Of a stretch of 64,000 nt of DNA, positions 1 to 14,159 are shown piece after piece; the first letter of the stretch is position 1; each line of letters begins with the position of its first letter. Source of the stretch: Enoplolaimus lenunculus (Eukaryota); NCBI GenBank assembly GCA_030248215.1, contig JASANG010001329.1, forward strand, positions 186,001-250,000. Direction: 5' to 3'. The notes under the pieces are model-generated. The model made no database searches and was not told the DNA's origin. It worked only from the letters and a program-made list of their open reading frames with translations. Position numbers and translations under genes: made by a program.

Positions 1-1342
1 TTGTAGGTCTGCGTTTACCAAAGTTGTTTATGCGTTCACTTTGTCAATTTTTCCATGTCTTAGAATCACTATTTTACGTGTATTTTCCAAAATTCTTATT
101 AATTTTTCATAAAATTTAAATGTGATCTTCGATTTTGCGATTAGAATCGGTCAAAAATACACATTTTTTTCTTCTTTCGTATCGATTTCAACATATTTCA
201 CGATGGTTTGTGCCGCTGTGTTATTTTTTTGCGTTTAATAATTTTTAAAAAAACGACACACGATTTTCTTCTGTAATCAAATTTAACCATCAATTATGAC
301 AAATTTGACACAATATTGTCAAACGTCACCCTGTCACTGTTAAACGTTTACTGTGAGAACACTTCTAAAGCATACGAAATCTGACATGTATAGGTTAAGG
401 CATTGCAGGCCGACGGCAATAAGTAGCGGTTAGCAGCAAATGCTGAAAAAATACCGGGAACGGAAACTTAAGCGAAACACTTTATTATTTATTACTGTTA
501 AAATGCGGTGCTAATACAATTAATACAAAATTCATTTTCACTTTTATGGATATCAAAGTTATACGAGTTGACTTTTGGTTTCGGCTTTTTCAAATCGGAA
601 TTCGAACCGCTAATAATAAATACTAGTCTGACAGCTTTGCGCAATGCGCAAAAACACTCACAAATTTTCCTTTCATAAAACAATCACGTGTATTTCCTAA
701 GAAATAATTGTAAACAAAGTAATGCTGGAAAGTTGCCCAAAATACGTATGTGGGGCGTTCAAGCTTTTTGCCTCAAAGGATATGTATTAAACTGTGGGCT
801 CCCGCTGTACTGCTACCCGCTGTGTACTGCTATCGGTTTATTGAGCTACTTACTAATGAGGACCTTCCGTATTGCGTAATGTTATCGTCAATATAGACCA
901 TGATGATAGCTCAGACCTTGAGTTTGAAAATATTTATGATCTATTTAACCTAGTTTATGCGGTTTTGAACTTGAATTTTAAAATATAATTTAAATATGTA
1001 TACACAAATGTATTTATTTAACTACTTATTTTTACTTCACCATGGCCTCCAGTGTTGGATCTGGTAGAATCTGGCAGTGTGTTAGCTTACAGCTATTTGT
1101 AAGCTGGTCTCGCGTTCTAATTGGACTTATAAATCGGATATGTCTTGCAATGTCGAAGTGAATGAAAGTCGCAACTAAAAATACGATGCACTGGTTTCTT
1201 GGTCAATGAAAAATTTCAAACTATCTAGTTTTTATTCAAATGAAAGTTGGTCTAAACTTATTTTTGTAATTTAAATTTATTGGTAAAATAGTGCCATTTG
1301 TTTTAATTCGAGATGTAACCTTAAGAATTTGCCTCATGTTTG

Positions 1343-1567
1343 GGCCAATGTTACTTTTAGGGTCGTAACGGTAGATCAAGAATATGCCTAAGCCTAAGCG
1401 TTCAAAAAGTGTATTCTTAAGCCGAAGCGTTCAAAAAATGTAGTCTTAAGCCTAAGTGTTGAAAAAGTGTGTTCTTAAGCCAAAGCAAAAAATGTAATCT
1501 AGAACGTTAGCCTACCGTTTTTCAGACCCAGCCGAAACCAGGACAACTCAAAAAAGTAACATAGGCC
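1343..1567. mobile_element. Merlin-like MITE (family C) with GCCTAA-type repeats
   Basis: TIR GGCCAATGTTACTTTT / AAAAGTAACATAGGCC; 8-bp flanks CATGTTTG / GAAGTTTG; homologous to 54937-55100. Confidence 0.7.
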
Positions 1568-1670
1568 GAAGTTTGGAGAGTCTTAAATTTTTCGACGTGG
1601 CGCTTCGAACTGGTTTGTAAACCTAATTTTTGCGAACATTAATGCAAAAATTTCAATTTGTATTTATGGG

Positions 1671-1893
1671 GAGGCCACCCCTTGTAATAGTTTTGATTGG
1701 TTGTTCATCAATAACAGTAGTGCTTTTGTTATGACTGCTGCGTTGAGGCCACCCCTTGTAATAGTTTTGATTGGTTGTTCATCAATAACAGTAGTGCTTT
1801 TGTTATGACTGCTGCGTTGAGGCCACCCCTTGTAATAGTTTTGATTGGTTGTTTGTTCATCAATAACAGTTGTGATTTTGTTATGACTGCGTT
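1671..1893. repeat. Tandem repeat, 74-bp unit x3
   Basis: GAGGCCACCCCTTGTAATAG... starts at 1671, 1745 and 1819. Confidence 0.95.
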
Positions 1894-3364
1894 CTGGTTC
1901 GGTGGTTTTTTTATTAAAAAACCAAGCTCAAGACATCTGGTTTGTGCCAAATTTTTGTTTGCCCTATGCGTCGCTTAGAAGCTTGAGCACAAGCAACACT
2001 TGTGACATTTCACAGCAAACTTGAAATTTCTTGGTGTATGAAAGCAGGCGATCTTTGTTTTGTTCTGTCTTCGAATTTATAACTGAACGACTGTGTGTTT
2101 GAACATTTTAAATACTTAGAAATGGATATATTTTATAGCCCAAGGTCCAGGCTTAGAATATCTCTGCGGGACTTTGCCATTCTCCAAAATGTTTTTTCCA
2201 ACTTTTAAGCTCGGATATATTGTTTTATAGCCCATGTAAGGTTCAGGCTTAGAATGTCTTTCTGTGGGACTGTAGTGGAGTAAGCTTAAGCCTTAGATTA
2301 TTTTTTGTTTAGGCTTATGTATAGGTGTAAGCTACCGCTAACTTAAACCTAGCGTTAGTTCAGCTTAGTGGTGGACCCAGAAATTTCTAACGAGAGGAAA
2401 GCCTGATATATAATAGTGAAAGAAGCTTACGAGCAAAGCAAGAACGAAACCAAACCCAATTCAATAGTGCTTACTAAAAATTCATTCAAATTTATATTTT
2501 TTTCCGCTTTCGGTGCACAGCCAGCTGTAGAGAGTTCCCATCTTTCATCCGGCAGTGGTTTGCCAACCTTTTTTCGAACACTTGCTTTAGTTTTCGACAT
2601 GAAACTCATACAATTTTCGCTTTTCCGGATATAACACATGTTTTTAAGTGATTTTTTTTCATTAAATCAAATTTATTATATGCACTGTTGAGACTCAAAA
2701 TATCCCTGCGCGCTCAGAATAATTGTTACCTCGGTCTTCATTGAATAATACATTTTTTGAAGTCACCATCCTCTTATTTTGCCCCAAAATATATTTTCAC
2801 TCAATTTTAAGAAAATATGTGTGGTTTTGTCTCTAAAAATTGCCGTTTTTTGAATGCTGATGATATTTAAGTAGTGTTCACAATCGTGTAGGACTGTTGA
2901 GAATAGACTTTTGTATTGTACGCAGTATAGCGGATATTTGGAAAACAAGGTTATAAAATGTCTGTTCCTGTTATTCATTTCCAGCTTCACCAGCATATTT
3001 TTGATTTTGTTCTAATCATTTACCGGTGAAGAATATGAAAGAAGGCAGGTCCCGAATCATGTTGTAGACCTTGGATGTTTGTTTATGCATGGGCTTGAGA
3101 TTCGTGTCCAGGTTCAAACCTCAAGATTTGATTCGGGACCTAACATGGTTCAATAATTGTCTTTTACTAGAAAAATTATTCAACGTAACTTATCGAGGAA
3201 ACTTCAGCCTCGTAACCGGATACATTAAATGTAGCGTTCCTTTCCACAAAACATTCCGAAACTGAGCTTCAATGTTCAATACTTGTATCAAATGCTAGCA
3301 AGTTTTATTTGCATGAAATTCTCCACCAGCAGTGGTTAAAAAATATAAAACCCTAATATTCATT

Positions 3365-3550
3365 TAGCAGCGGATCCAGGAATTTCAGACGGTATGGTGG
3401 GCTGGCAAACGTTATGAGACGCAATTTTTACTATATGCTGTGCTAATATTCCGTGGGGGAAAATAGTAAGCTACAGACCTTACCATCACAAAAAATTTTC
3501 TGACAGGGGCGGCGGCGGCGTACGGGCCCGTTGTCTGGATCCCGCTAGTG
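3365..3550. mobile_element. hAT-type MITE (family A)
   Basis: Ends TAGCAGCGGATCCAG / CTGGATCCCGCTAGTG; perfect 8-bp TSD TATTCATT; homologous to 26413, ~61757 and ~62705. Confidence 0.8.
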
Positions 3551-3720
3551 TATTCATTGAACCAATTCCGTGTTTGCCCCCTCTCCATTGTTGAACATAA
3601 ATAACAAGCAAGATTGAATACAAATAAATCATTTGCCGATTGCAAAATTTTCTGGTAAAAGTCAGTTCAGGCTAGTAAAATTTGTTCTATGCAGTGAAAT
3701 TTAGAAACAAAGAAAATCGA

Positions 3721-4250
3721 ACCTAAACATCCTCATAAATAGAGGAAAGGCTGGGAAAAATGGAACCTAAATCATCCTCATAAATAGAGGAATGGCTGGG
3801 AAAAATGGAACCTAATCATCCTTATAAATAGCTTATAAATAGAGGAAAGGCTGGGGAAAATGGAAACTAATCATCCTCATAAATAGAGGAAAGGCTGGGA
3901 AAAATGGAACCTAATCATCCTTATAAATAGAGGAAAGGCTGGGGAAAATGGAACCTAATCATCCTCATAAATAGAGGAAAGGCTGGGAAAAATGGAACCT
4001 AATCATCCTTATAAATAGAGGAAAGGCTGGGGAAAATGGAACCTAATCATCCTCATAAATAGAGGAAAGGCTGGGAAAAATGGAACCTAATCATCCTCAT
4101 AAATAGAGGAAAGGCTGGGAAAAATGGAACCTAATCATCCTCATAAATAGAGGAAAGGCTGGGAAAAATGGAACCTAATCATCCTCATAAATAGAGGAAA
4201 GGCTGGGAAAAATGGAACCTAAACATCCTCATAAATAGAGGATCGGCTGG
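3721..4250. repeat. Minisatellite, 44-bp unit x~12
   Basis: Unit ACCTAATCATCCTCATAAATAGAGGAAAGGCTGGGAAAAATGGA. Confidence 0.97.
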
Positions 4251-7200
4251 GCCCACGAAAAGGTGCTCACAGATTGATTTTTCGAATCCCTCGTGAGCAA
4301 ATTCTAAACAAAAACTATTTGCGTTGAATAAATATTTTCTAAGCAGAATTATTAATTGCGATGCGATTTTGAATTGTGCACTTTGATAATTTATGTTGTT
4401 AGTAGATCGGATTGTAAACTCCCGGCAGTTGATCGGAAATCTGGGATGGGGGCACATTTGGTGAAACTTCAATATTCGATGCTGCTAATACTATCGTAGG
4501 TGTTTTGTTCACTGCTGAACAGAGATTGAGGGTTTAGGACAGTGTGCATTCAATTGATTCCCCGTGGGGAAAGCTGGTTTGGAGCAAAAAAATTTGCGAA
4601 CAGCAAAGTTTTTACTACCAATGATGGGCGTAGGCTCATCAGTGCAGACGCCTGTTAAAATTTGTTTTTATTAGTTTAGACTATCGCTTCAGCCGTCAGA
4701 GAGAACTATAATACTAGGATGGATATGTAGTGCACAAAAAATGAGTCCTATGCTAAGATTCGAAGCTGTTGACAAGGATGGCAGGGAACTAATCGCACGT
4801 GATGTATTTAAAAGATAGCTGGCGTTGTCGTATAATATTCCGTAACCCATAATTTTTCGCCATCAGATATTATTTGTTATTCCCATAACATTCGTTTTCC
4901 CATAAGATTTTTGCTGCCGTAAAACTTCTTTCCCACTCTATTCGTTTTTATATCCCCTAATTTATATTATTCTGCCTAAATATTTAAATCAATGATGTTT
5001 TGCCCTGTACAACTTAGGGGGAAACTTTAATTGATCCATGAAAGGGGTAATGGAAGCCAAAATTAAATATCAACTTTTGTACAGCATTGTTTAGGTATAT
5101 AGTATCTGAGCCCAACCTGAGCCTGCTAGATGACGGTCCATTGCAAAATCCATTTAGGGGCGCAGCAATTACTAGAAAAATAGAGGGCACATACGCAGAG
5201 TCGCAATATTGGCAGTCGAATAATTACGAGCGACAATCTGAATAAGTTTGAATAGCGTCATATCGACGGTATGAGTACCACCTGTTCAGGTGTGCTTTTA
5301 CACTGAACATAGTGAAATTGGCCGAGTTTATAAGAAATAGTTCTGTTGTGACTCATAAAACGCTTGTTTTCTTTTGCATTAAGCCTGCGTTCCAAGCGTA
5401 TTTATTTAGTAATGATTCATGATGTACGCTCTTTAATCAGCTTACTTTATTTACTCTAGTTGAAATCTATAGTTGAAACGTAACGGCTGTTGCGGTGGTG
5501 TGTTGCACACTGTATTGAAATGAACTCTTTGTGCTAACCAAAAATCGGTCTTGATCCTGTTCCGTGGCCTGGTCTTCAGCGATACAGCTATTTGCCGATT
5601 CATCACGGCTGTGCAGTAAATATTTTAATTGCGTGTGTGAAACACAATGCAAGTTCAAGATTGCTGCAACGAAATCAGATCCTTCTGCAGCACGGACTTC
5701 AGTTTGGTGTGCATCGGTGTAATCGTTTGTCAAAATAGAGGTAGAATAATGAAGAAGACCTCGCGAGCATAGCGAGCAATTAAATCCCAATATATGAATA
5801 TACAATTTTAATTTGCCTGGATTCGGTGTATGGTCCGATTGTCAGAATTGCCCTTATATATCTACCAATGCCTTTCAGATTCAAAAAAGGTAGGTTCATC
5901 TTGTTTACATCTTTAGTACCAGAACCATAGGTAGTCAGTAGTAGTGAAGAAATTTGGCGAGCGAAGCAAACTAGAAGCAGGTGATTTTTTTGCATTCAAA
6001 CTTCTCAAAAAAGCCTGTTTTTCAATCCTGTAGAATTTTTACAGTCGATTCTGTTTTCCAAAACAGACCTTTTTTTAGCCTGGGCTCCTAACAGAAGGGT
6101 GGTTTGGGGCGCTGAACAGTTCTGGACGCATGTTTCTCGCTACATTCATCAAATTAGCAAAAACCCGTATGTCTAACAATCCTAAAAACAAAGATGGCAC
6201 GTCGAATGAGACTTTGGGAGCGAAGCGAACGAGAAGCCATCCACATTTTTCATTTGACCTGTATATAAAGCAATATGCAGAACCGCTCACGTTAAAAATC
6301 AGCAAAATGTAAGTGCTGCAAGTTATTAATTAGCGCCCCTTAGTTTTATTGCGCCACCCCCTGGCGCACGTAGCGCTATGGGGCTATGGGTTCTATGATC
6401 CTCTTTTTGCAATACCAATGTTTGAAATGAAACAGAAAAATATTTTATGCGGAACGGGATCAGGAGCGTGGACCGATTTTGTTCAAAGTATCAAACACGG
6501 GGCGAAACAGTTAGTTTCGTTTTGGACCTAGTGAAGTAACAAATCCACCAAGATCAAAGCAGAAACAGAATAGATTTAGACATAGCAAGAAGTCAGTGTT
6601 TGCATTAAATAAATTTAAATTCCAAAACGAAACGTTTAGTTTTGGCGAGTTTTAATAGGGTGTCCGCTGTACCCGTTTATTTTTCAAAGGTTGTCGACTA
6701 ACAGACACCGAAGACACTGATTTCTGAAGTGCTCGGACAGGGTTAAGCACACCATTTTATATCCTCCATGCATTATATATTATATTTCTGTGTGTATTAA
6801 CATGTACGAGCAAATATGCTACGGGGACAGCCGTCAAAAATTACCATAGATTTTGTGAAATTTATTAGCTTCATTTCAAAGTGGAAATTTTATGTTATAT
6901 TTTTTTCACAATTTTGTATTGTCGATGTGATCGTTTACCTTATTGTTTGCGAGATGAAATGTGTGGCTTGCGTTACACACAGTCTGCTTTGTGTGAATAA
7001 GTCACTGAAATTGGGGGCTGCTGTACAATGGCTTCTACAAACGTGTGACTAAGCCTTAAAACAGGTTCGGAGCCTGCTATCCTTACTTGGGCGGAGCTAA
7101 AAAATGTTCAGGAATGGCATACAAGGGTTATCAATGACTTACAAGGAAGGTTGAAAATTATACACGAAATTAAGTCAGTGACATAAAGTATATAATTACT

Positions 7201-10200
7201 TTAAATACTATTTTAAGTTTGAAGTCGTACCTGAGTAGTGTTTTAGAAACCCAGGCAATATAATTTATAGTCTTGAATTTTCATATTTAGCCCCATCGCC
7301 GAAATGTTCAACAAATCAAAGCTCACCTTATTCTTCATACCGGTTAAACACAATTGACTCTCGTAGGTACACTTCCTTCCACGTTTAAGCTTAGGGCAAA
7401 GGTTATTCTCAACAAAAAGGTTAGCAAATGCTATGGTTTAGGTAAGCTTTTTGCGAAACCTAAGCCAAGCCTAAGCCTGCGGGGAATGAGTGTGTAAGAG
7501 CCGAGCAATTTTGTAGCAACATAGAAATCTGCTACAAATCTGTTTTTGAGAGTAAGTTTTGACGAATTGCTAAGAATCCGCATCGTGAATTTAACTTTGC
7601 TAAAAAGTAACTAAAACCAAAATCGGTGGGTCTCTGAACGCTTGTCCCATCGGCTTCTTATTGGCCTGACCTTGAACAAATGTTAATTCTAATGAAAATA
7701 CTACCACCATTCATATTGTCGACTTTGATACCGAGAGCTATGAATGAAAAACGAAACGCGTGGGCGTTCTTATGTTCGTGAATTATAATTACGAAAATAG
7801 TTTGTAAATATTATTACAGTACAACACAGATTGTTTAATAACAACATACCTGGGTTGGTTCTAAACGTAATTTTTTTAAAATAAAATTAAATTGAAAAAC
7901 GGAAAATAATACCAATGAATCCACTGGCTGAGAGCCAGAACTTTTTGGCAGGGGTTGCTTTATGTATTGTAGAAAAAGCATCGGGAGCGATAAGCCAAAC
8001 AAATATTTCGTACTAAAACTTGATACAAAATTTTGGTTTTGTCGCATGATCAGATTGGGCATGGCTTGTCGTGGTTCCTTGGATCCACCGGTGTGTTATT
8101 ACTACAAGCTAACTTGGAGCACAATAACAGTGTTGGCGGCGTTACCGTCCAAGGTTTCAAAACCAAAACTGCATTGGCATCAAGTGCTTGAATTGTGTTT
8201 GGCTTCTCGTTCACGAGGTTTTCCCCTACTATTCATATTTTGTACCTCTTGTAAGAGCACCCTGGTCGTTGGATCAGCTGCTACGCTTTCGTCGTGCGCA
8301 ATTCTCTTAGCTCTGGGTACAATTCTAATCTCATTGGCCGAAGTTTTTATATTGATATGTGGTACGAATCGATTATGACAGCTAAATTTGCTTACAATAC
8401 AGAACCGCAAATTCGGAACAATGGATACCTTAAACGATTTCAATTTGCAATAGAAATTCCATTTGAATTGTGTTCAGTTATGGTTAATTTTACTGTACTT
8501 TAACCTGTACTTTACAAAACTTTCGGACAGTGTTTGCTTTGGGTGCGCAAACGTTAAGTTAAACCGGTTCCTAAGCCTACACCTGACTGAAAAACTACAA
8601 ACACGTGTACGCAAATGGTTATTATGAGTCGGGCCGCTGATCCCGCTGTAAAATTAACTTTGGAGTTTCAAAATTTTCTATTGTATTAATAAGCTAATCT
8701 GTATTTCACATGCAAAAAGCGCTAATATCTCAGGCCAGTAGAAAATGCATCATGATAGGGGGCGGAAGCAATTTTAGGAGGGTCATATTGTTGATTTCGC
8801 AATACTCCAAGCGAAAACTTATGTAGGGGGTCGAAATTTTTCGAATGGGACTGAGGTCCTCTCCCTCTGGCAAAAGGTTGAATATTACAAAATGTTGAGG
8901 ACATTCAGATGGCAGGCCGTGATATACGAAAATATAGTATGAAGTCTCCCTAAGTATAAGCTATATGAGCGGCTGAATCTAAGCGTATTTATTCAGCACT
9001 AAAAGTGTAAAATAGCATTTTTTCACTGTTTAACAGGTAATAAGCGATGTAAATTGGTTTAAAGTGGCTTTTAAACTAAACTAATGTATTATACATTTCA
9101 ATCACAATTACACTAGTGTTATACGAGCTGGAACTATGCCAAGTCTCCCGAAAAATGATTTAGTCTTGCTAGTAGCTTTAGTCAGCAGTGCAGCCAGGAA
9201 TCAGTGGTGATAGGGTCAGCAGGAATTAATGGATTGGGTATCCTCGTTATCCACCGCTGTATACACTCTCCGGAACCACTTGTATATATAAGGGTACGAC
9301 ACTCGTATGATTTAGTATGATTTGCTTTTGTTGTACGGACTCCTTGAAACGGAGACACTGCAGCCGCAGTCCCACCGTTTTCCATAATTCTTACGTTGGG
9401 GACTTTTCTGAACCGTTTTCAGAGTTTCCACAGGGATAGGCTATGTGCGACAAAAACCGCTAGGTGCGAAAAGCCACATCAATCGATTTTGGTTTTGTGG
9501 ATTAATAACTTTTAATCCAGTAAAACGAATCATTTCATACCTTCGAACCGGTACAGCCAGAAGTCTGGTTTCGAGAGGGTGACAGTGCAATTCACTGTCG
9601 AATCTAAGTGGGTAACCTAGGCCCAGGCCTCGACAGGAATGAAGATCAAAGTGCTGTCGTAAAATTTGGTGTATACTAATATTGCGTTTGACTTCTCGTT
9701 CGCATCGCTTGCGTTTTTAACTCAGGTTCCACCGCTAGCGTAATTACAGAAATATATTGTATGTGCGCAAGGAGCAAAGCCCACTCTGTCTGGCTACGGC
9801 CGTGTTCTGCGACGGTAGAATTAGCAATCGGTTGCTCGGAAGACACCGTCAACAAAACGCATATTATTAATAGTTAAATAATTATTAGTTTGAACAAAGC
9901 GAATTAAACCACAGCTATGGTTAATTATAAAGGCGTTAACTTCTCAATTGTGTTATATTTCAGTCTCGAGTCAATAAAGCTGAGTTGAGCACACGTTTGA
10001 GAGTTAACATTTAACGATTAATTTTAAAATTATAATTCTTTTTATTAATACAAATGGGAAATTTTAAGTCCATCGACCATCAGCTACCTACCTGGAGTAG
10101 GGTTATTGAGTTCTAAATGCTTTTTTGTTGCAATTTGCCGATGGTAAACGGAAAAAGTTACAAAGAAAAAGCCGAGCTCTGCCAGATTCCAACAAACAGG

Positions 10201-11672
10201 GACAGATCTAGGATTTTCTGATACCGGGATACCATCTAGGTCCGTTCTTGCCAACAGCTCTTCATGTTTTAATGCCGTCTGCTTTGAAGCGATGTTATAT
10301 TTCGGTCAGAAATTGAGTCAAGTCCCGTAGCTAAGGTGGCAGGGGGTTCAGTTCCTCCTGGAAAAACGTTGACTGCCCTCTTGAAAATTGTCAACCTTGC
10401 TTAACCAAGGTGAGCTCGCAACGGGTTTGCGTAAATTGAACGTACGTTTGAGGTTTGACAATTAAAAAATTAAAATTATAACTGCTGAAACGACTCATGC
10501 AGCATATAACGCGTTCGAACTGTGAGTCACTCTATTTTATGTGAATCATTTTAGTCACACTTTAGTAACATCAGTTTGTACTGGGCTTGGCTGAGCGCGT
10601 TCGTTGCAATAACTTTTTTAATTTTTTCTCACGACCCCTCCTTATATTTCTGACACCAGTTCATCGAAGTATATAACTATATCACAGAACAAAGGGGATA
10701 TGTCGTTTTCAAGTTTTAAGACGTGATTTTGCATTATAGGTTTACGCTACAACAAATTCTATTAACGACGGGCAGGGTGCAACCGGAGCTAAAAGATACC
10801 AGAGTCAGAGGTTAATAAATATTGCCGGACCTGAAAATTCAGCTACTAGTGAAATAGGATTACGTACTGTCACGCGTCACTTTCATGAAGGCATTCTAAA
10901 GTATTCTTGTTCAATGGTCAAAATTTTGTGTTTTCATAATTCAGTGTTGTGTTGTTGCTTGACCTTAGCAGTTATAACATGGTTACCTTGAAACCTTTTG
11001 GCTTCGCCGCCACTCTTTTCAATGATTTGTTTTACAGGCAAAAGCCAAAATTTTGAATTCTCCTTTCAATAGCGATTTCCCAGCCAATGATTTTTTATTT
11101 GAAAAATTTCAGAGTTTTTCCAAAACAAACCGTGTGAAATCGACAGATGGTCTGGAAACGATGAGATTCGATCGATCATTGAATCTGAAGCCGGTGCTTT
11201 AGGAAAAATTATTTTTTATACCTCAGCCAAAATTTTAAATAATATACTTTGTCAAATTATAAAACAACGAATTTACTGAGTAAAAACGTGTTATTTCCGG
11301 GGTATTACTGTTAAAAATTAATAACGTTCCAAATTGCAATTTGGTTAAAAGTTTTTTATTTTTCAATCTTTTTTCCCAGTGAGAATCATGTCTGAAATCT
11401 GTGGCTTCTTAAATTTCCTAACTCTTCTATTAGTTTAATATTGATTGCTTCAACTCGTGAAATTTCCGTTCTATTGTCAAGAGTATTTGAAACCATTTTT
11501 ACGCATGCTTTGAATTGAAATCGGCAATGTCTTATATACTCGGTACAAATTTGAGATCAGTTGGCTTCGATGCAGTATATGAAAGTTCCCAACGAAGAAA
11601 AATTCATTGCAGTATTACCAACTAGCAGCTCTCATTCGAACGGATTAATTTGATTTAACCTGAAAATCCTGA

Positions 11673-11833
11673 GCGAGCCCGTAGACAGAGGCGAGCCAGG
11701 CGGCTATGCCGCTGGAAGAGCTTTGAGCCAGCGTAGTAAATTTTCAACCTTGCTTGTAAGTCATCAAAAATTCTTGTTTTCCCTTCCTAAAACATGATTA
11801 GCCTCATAGTCAGGTGAGCTGGCTACGGGCCTG
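11673..11833. mobile_element. hAT-type MITE (family B)
   Basis: Ends CGAGCCCGTAG / GGCTACGGGCCTG; core AATTTTCAACCTTGCTTGTAAGTCATC shared with the copies at 27782 and 59524. Confidence 0.7.
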
Positions 11834-12258
11834 ATTCTAACTCTGAAAAAATCTGCAATTCCACTCAAAATCATCTTGGCATCAGTACATGCCGTACATT
11901 TTCCAGTGAACGAAACTTCTGTACCACCATGTGCAACCAACTGGATAAACATAATACCACGCCAATCGAACAATGCTGATATTTGTATTCTCGTTGGTAA
12001 ATTTTCATTTTCGATCTCGAAATTTATTATGCGTCCGCACTCTGTGAACGCTGAGCACCTCATAAATTTTTCATGACAGTATTTTTAGGCAAATTTGGTT
12101 GGTTGGCTGCTGAAATTTGTTGACAATTTTAAAATTTGACTCAAAAAACCTCAAAATCGATACATATATTTTATTAAACACACCTGAGCGTTTAACTAAA
12201 TTGTTCAATATATATTTGTTTTTGCGGTGTAGCAGCAAAAAAATTTTAGTTCAAAATT

Positions 12259-12360
12259 TGTGGTAGTGGTAGTTGTGTTTGTTTTTGATGTTGTTGTTGT
12301 TGTTTTTGTTGTTGTTGTTTTTGTTGTCGTTGTTATTGTTGTTGGTTGTTGTCGTTGTTT

Positions 12361-12391
<31 letters not shown>

Positions 12392-12550
12392 GGTTGTTGT
12401 TGTTGTTGTTGTTGTTGTTGCTCCTGCTACTGCTCCTGTTGCTGCTGCTGTTGTCGTTGTCATCGCTGTTGTTGCTTTGTTGTTATTCTTGTCGTAACTG
12501 TTGTTTTATTATTATTATTATTATTGTTATTGCTTCGGTTGTCGTTGTTT
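12259..12550. repeat. (GTT)n/(GCT)n/(ATT)n microsatellite
   Basis: Directly visible; explains the poly-T/C/V/L ORFs. Confidence 0.97.
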
Positions 12551-13928
12551 TTTTCACGGCCACCAACATGAATTCTAAAACGATATCCGGATTTGTGAAT
12601 TATAATTGATACGCGTCGAATAAGTACGATTACGTTTACGGATACTGTAAACTATCAAAATGCGACGGGAGCCAACAGAAAATTTATGAAATAAATAGTA
12701 AATTTAAGCTAAAATTTTAGTTGCGTACATTTCGTCGTAAAAATATCGATTTTGGGCAGTGTTCAAATTCAATATTGCCTAACTGCGCCACCCTCGCTTT
12801 ACCTTTTAGCTGCCTTGGGGGAAAATATTTTGCAGCGCATGTATAGGCGCTTTGGCGATTATTGTATTTACGGGCTCAGATTAGTGTTAATTTCAGAAAG
12901 ATTTATTGATTTTTATTTTTGAAGATGTTCAGATTACATTTATAAAGTGCATAATTTGATTTGAATTATAGAATTTTGCTCCAGGATTTTGTCCGAGATG
13001 TGCGCTTTCCATCTTGCACTGCCCCCTTCTTTAGATGCGCTTGCGTATAAGTGACATTGCAGTTTTAGATTTAGCATAACGTGTACTAATTTAGTTATAG
13101 TTTTATTTTTACTAATTGCAACAATATTTTTAATGCCGGAACATTGTAGTTTTTGATTTATAGTTTAAAAATTCAACTTTGGACAATACCGAATTATGCG
13201 GTGTTCATCGCACGGTAGGCATTACCTCCACGGACAACAGAGTGAAAGTTTCATCTTTATACAATGATTAAACTTGTTCAGTAATAGAAAGTTCGGCTTT
13301 TTCCAACCGCGTAACCAGGATTTTTAATTGGAAACGTTTAAGCAGCTACGAATGTAAAGAAATGTTTGATGGTCACCAATCTCTGTACCAAGCCAGCGAA
13401 AAGTTTGACCCTATTTTTGAAACTGATGGAATTCAATGAAGAATTTTTGATTTTGCGTGGGTTCCAATGGTAATTCGATTGCTAAATATCCCAGGGCTCA
13501 TAGCCGCCTTTGCAGTGCGTGAAGAACTAAAAGGAACACACACTTCTCCAGCAAGAAGCCAGACCTTAATTAAATCCATTTACAGCAGTCGTAACACATG
13601 CTTAATTCATTGAATTGTAAATATGCACCCACAGCTCCTTATAAATAGAGATAAAAATCTACTGTTTTGTTAAGATTTAGAACTAAAATTGCCAACGTCT
13701 TCTCGTTTGCTTCGCAGGTGGGGTTTTTTCACTATTAAATTGTGCTGTATCCAACATCAGGAATTATTGGACCCCGCTACTGTTACGTCATACTGATGAA
13801 GAACATTGCATGCGCTTTGGTACAAAACTGCACTATCGTAGTCTTGTTCAACCACGAATACTAGCCGCTTTCATGTTTATGTAAAGGTGGTACGGAGCGA
13901 TGTGCAATAGCGGATAATCCTTGTTTTG

Positions 13929-14159
13929 TCAAGCTTAAATTTTTAAAGCAGAAACAAAATGTACAAATTAGTGCAATATCCACATATATTGAGTATACCA
14001 GGTGACTGTTGAGGGTTTAGTGCGCTGCACACTGAAGCTGTTTGTTTCAAGCTTAAATTTTTTATGCAGAAATAAAAATCTACAAAGTAGTGCAATTTCC
14101 ACAATATCATGAGCACACCAGGTACCTTATGAGGGTTAAGTGCGCTGCACACTGAAGCC
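13929..14159. repeat. Diverged tandem duplication (~118 bp x2)
   Basis: TCAAGCTTAAATTTT...AGTGCGCTGCACACTGAAGC occurs twice. Confidence 0.85.

Noticed and set aside
3721..4250. CRISPR-like regular array
   Set aside because: The units are contiguous with no unique spacers, there are no cas genes and the context is eukaryotic; it is a minisatellite. ORF 4185-4472 is incidental.
7835..8503. Cluster of overlapping ORFs on both strands
   Set aside because: No motif recognised and no consistent splice chain; cannot be supported as a gene.
12251..12609. Poly-Thr/Cys/Val/Leu ORFs
   Set aside because: They are translations of a (GTT)n microsatellite in several frames.
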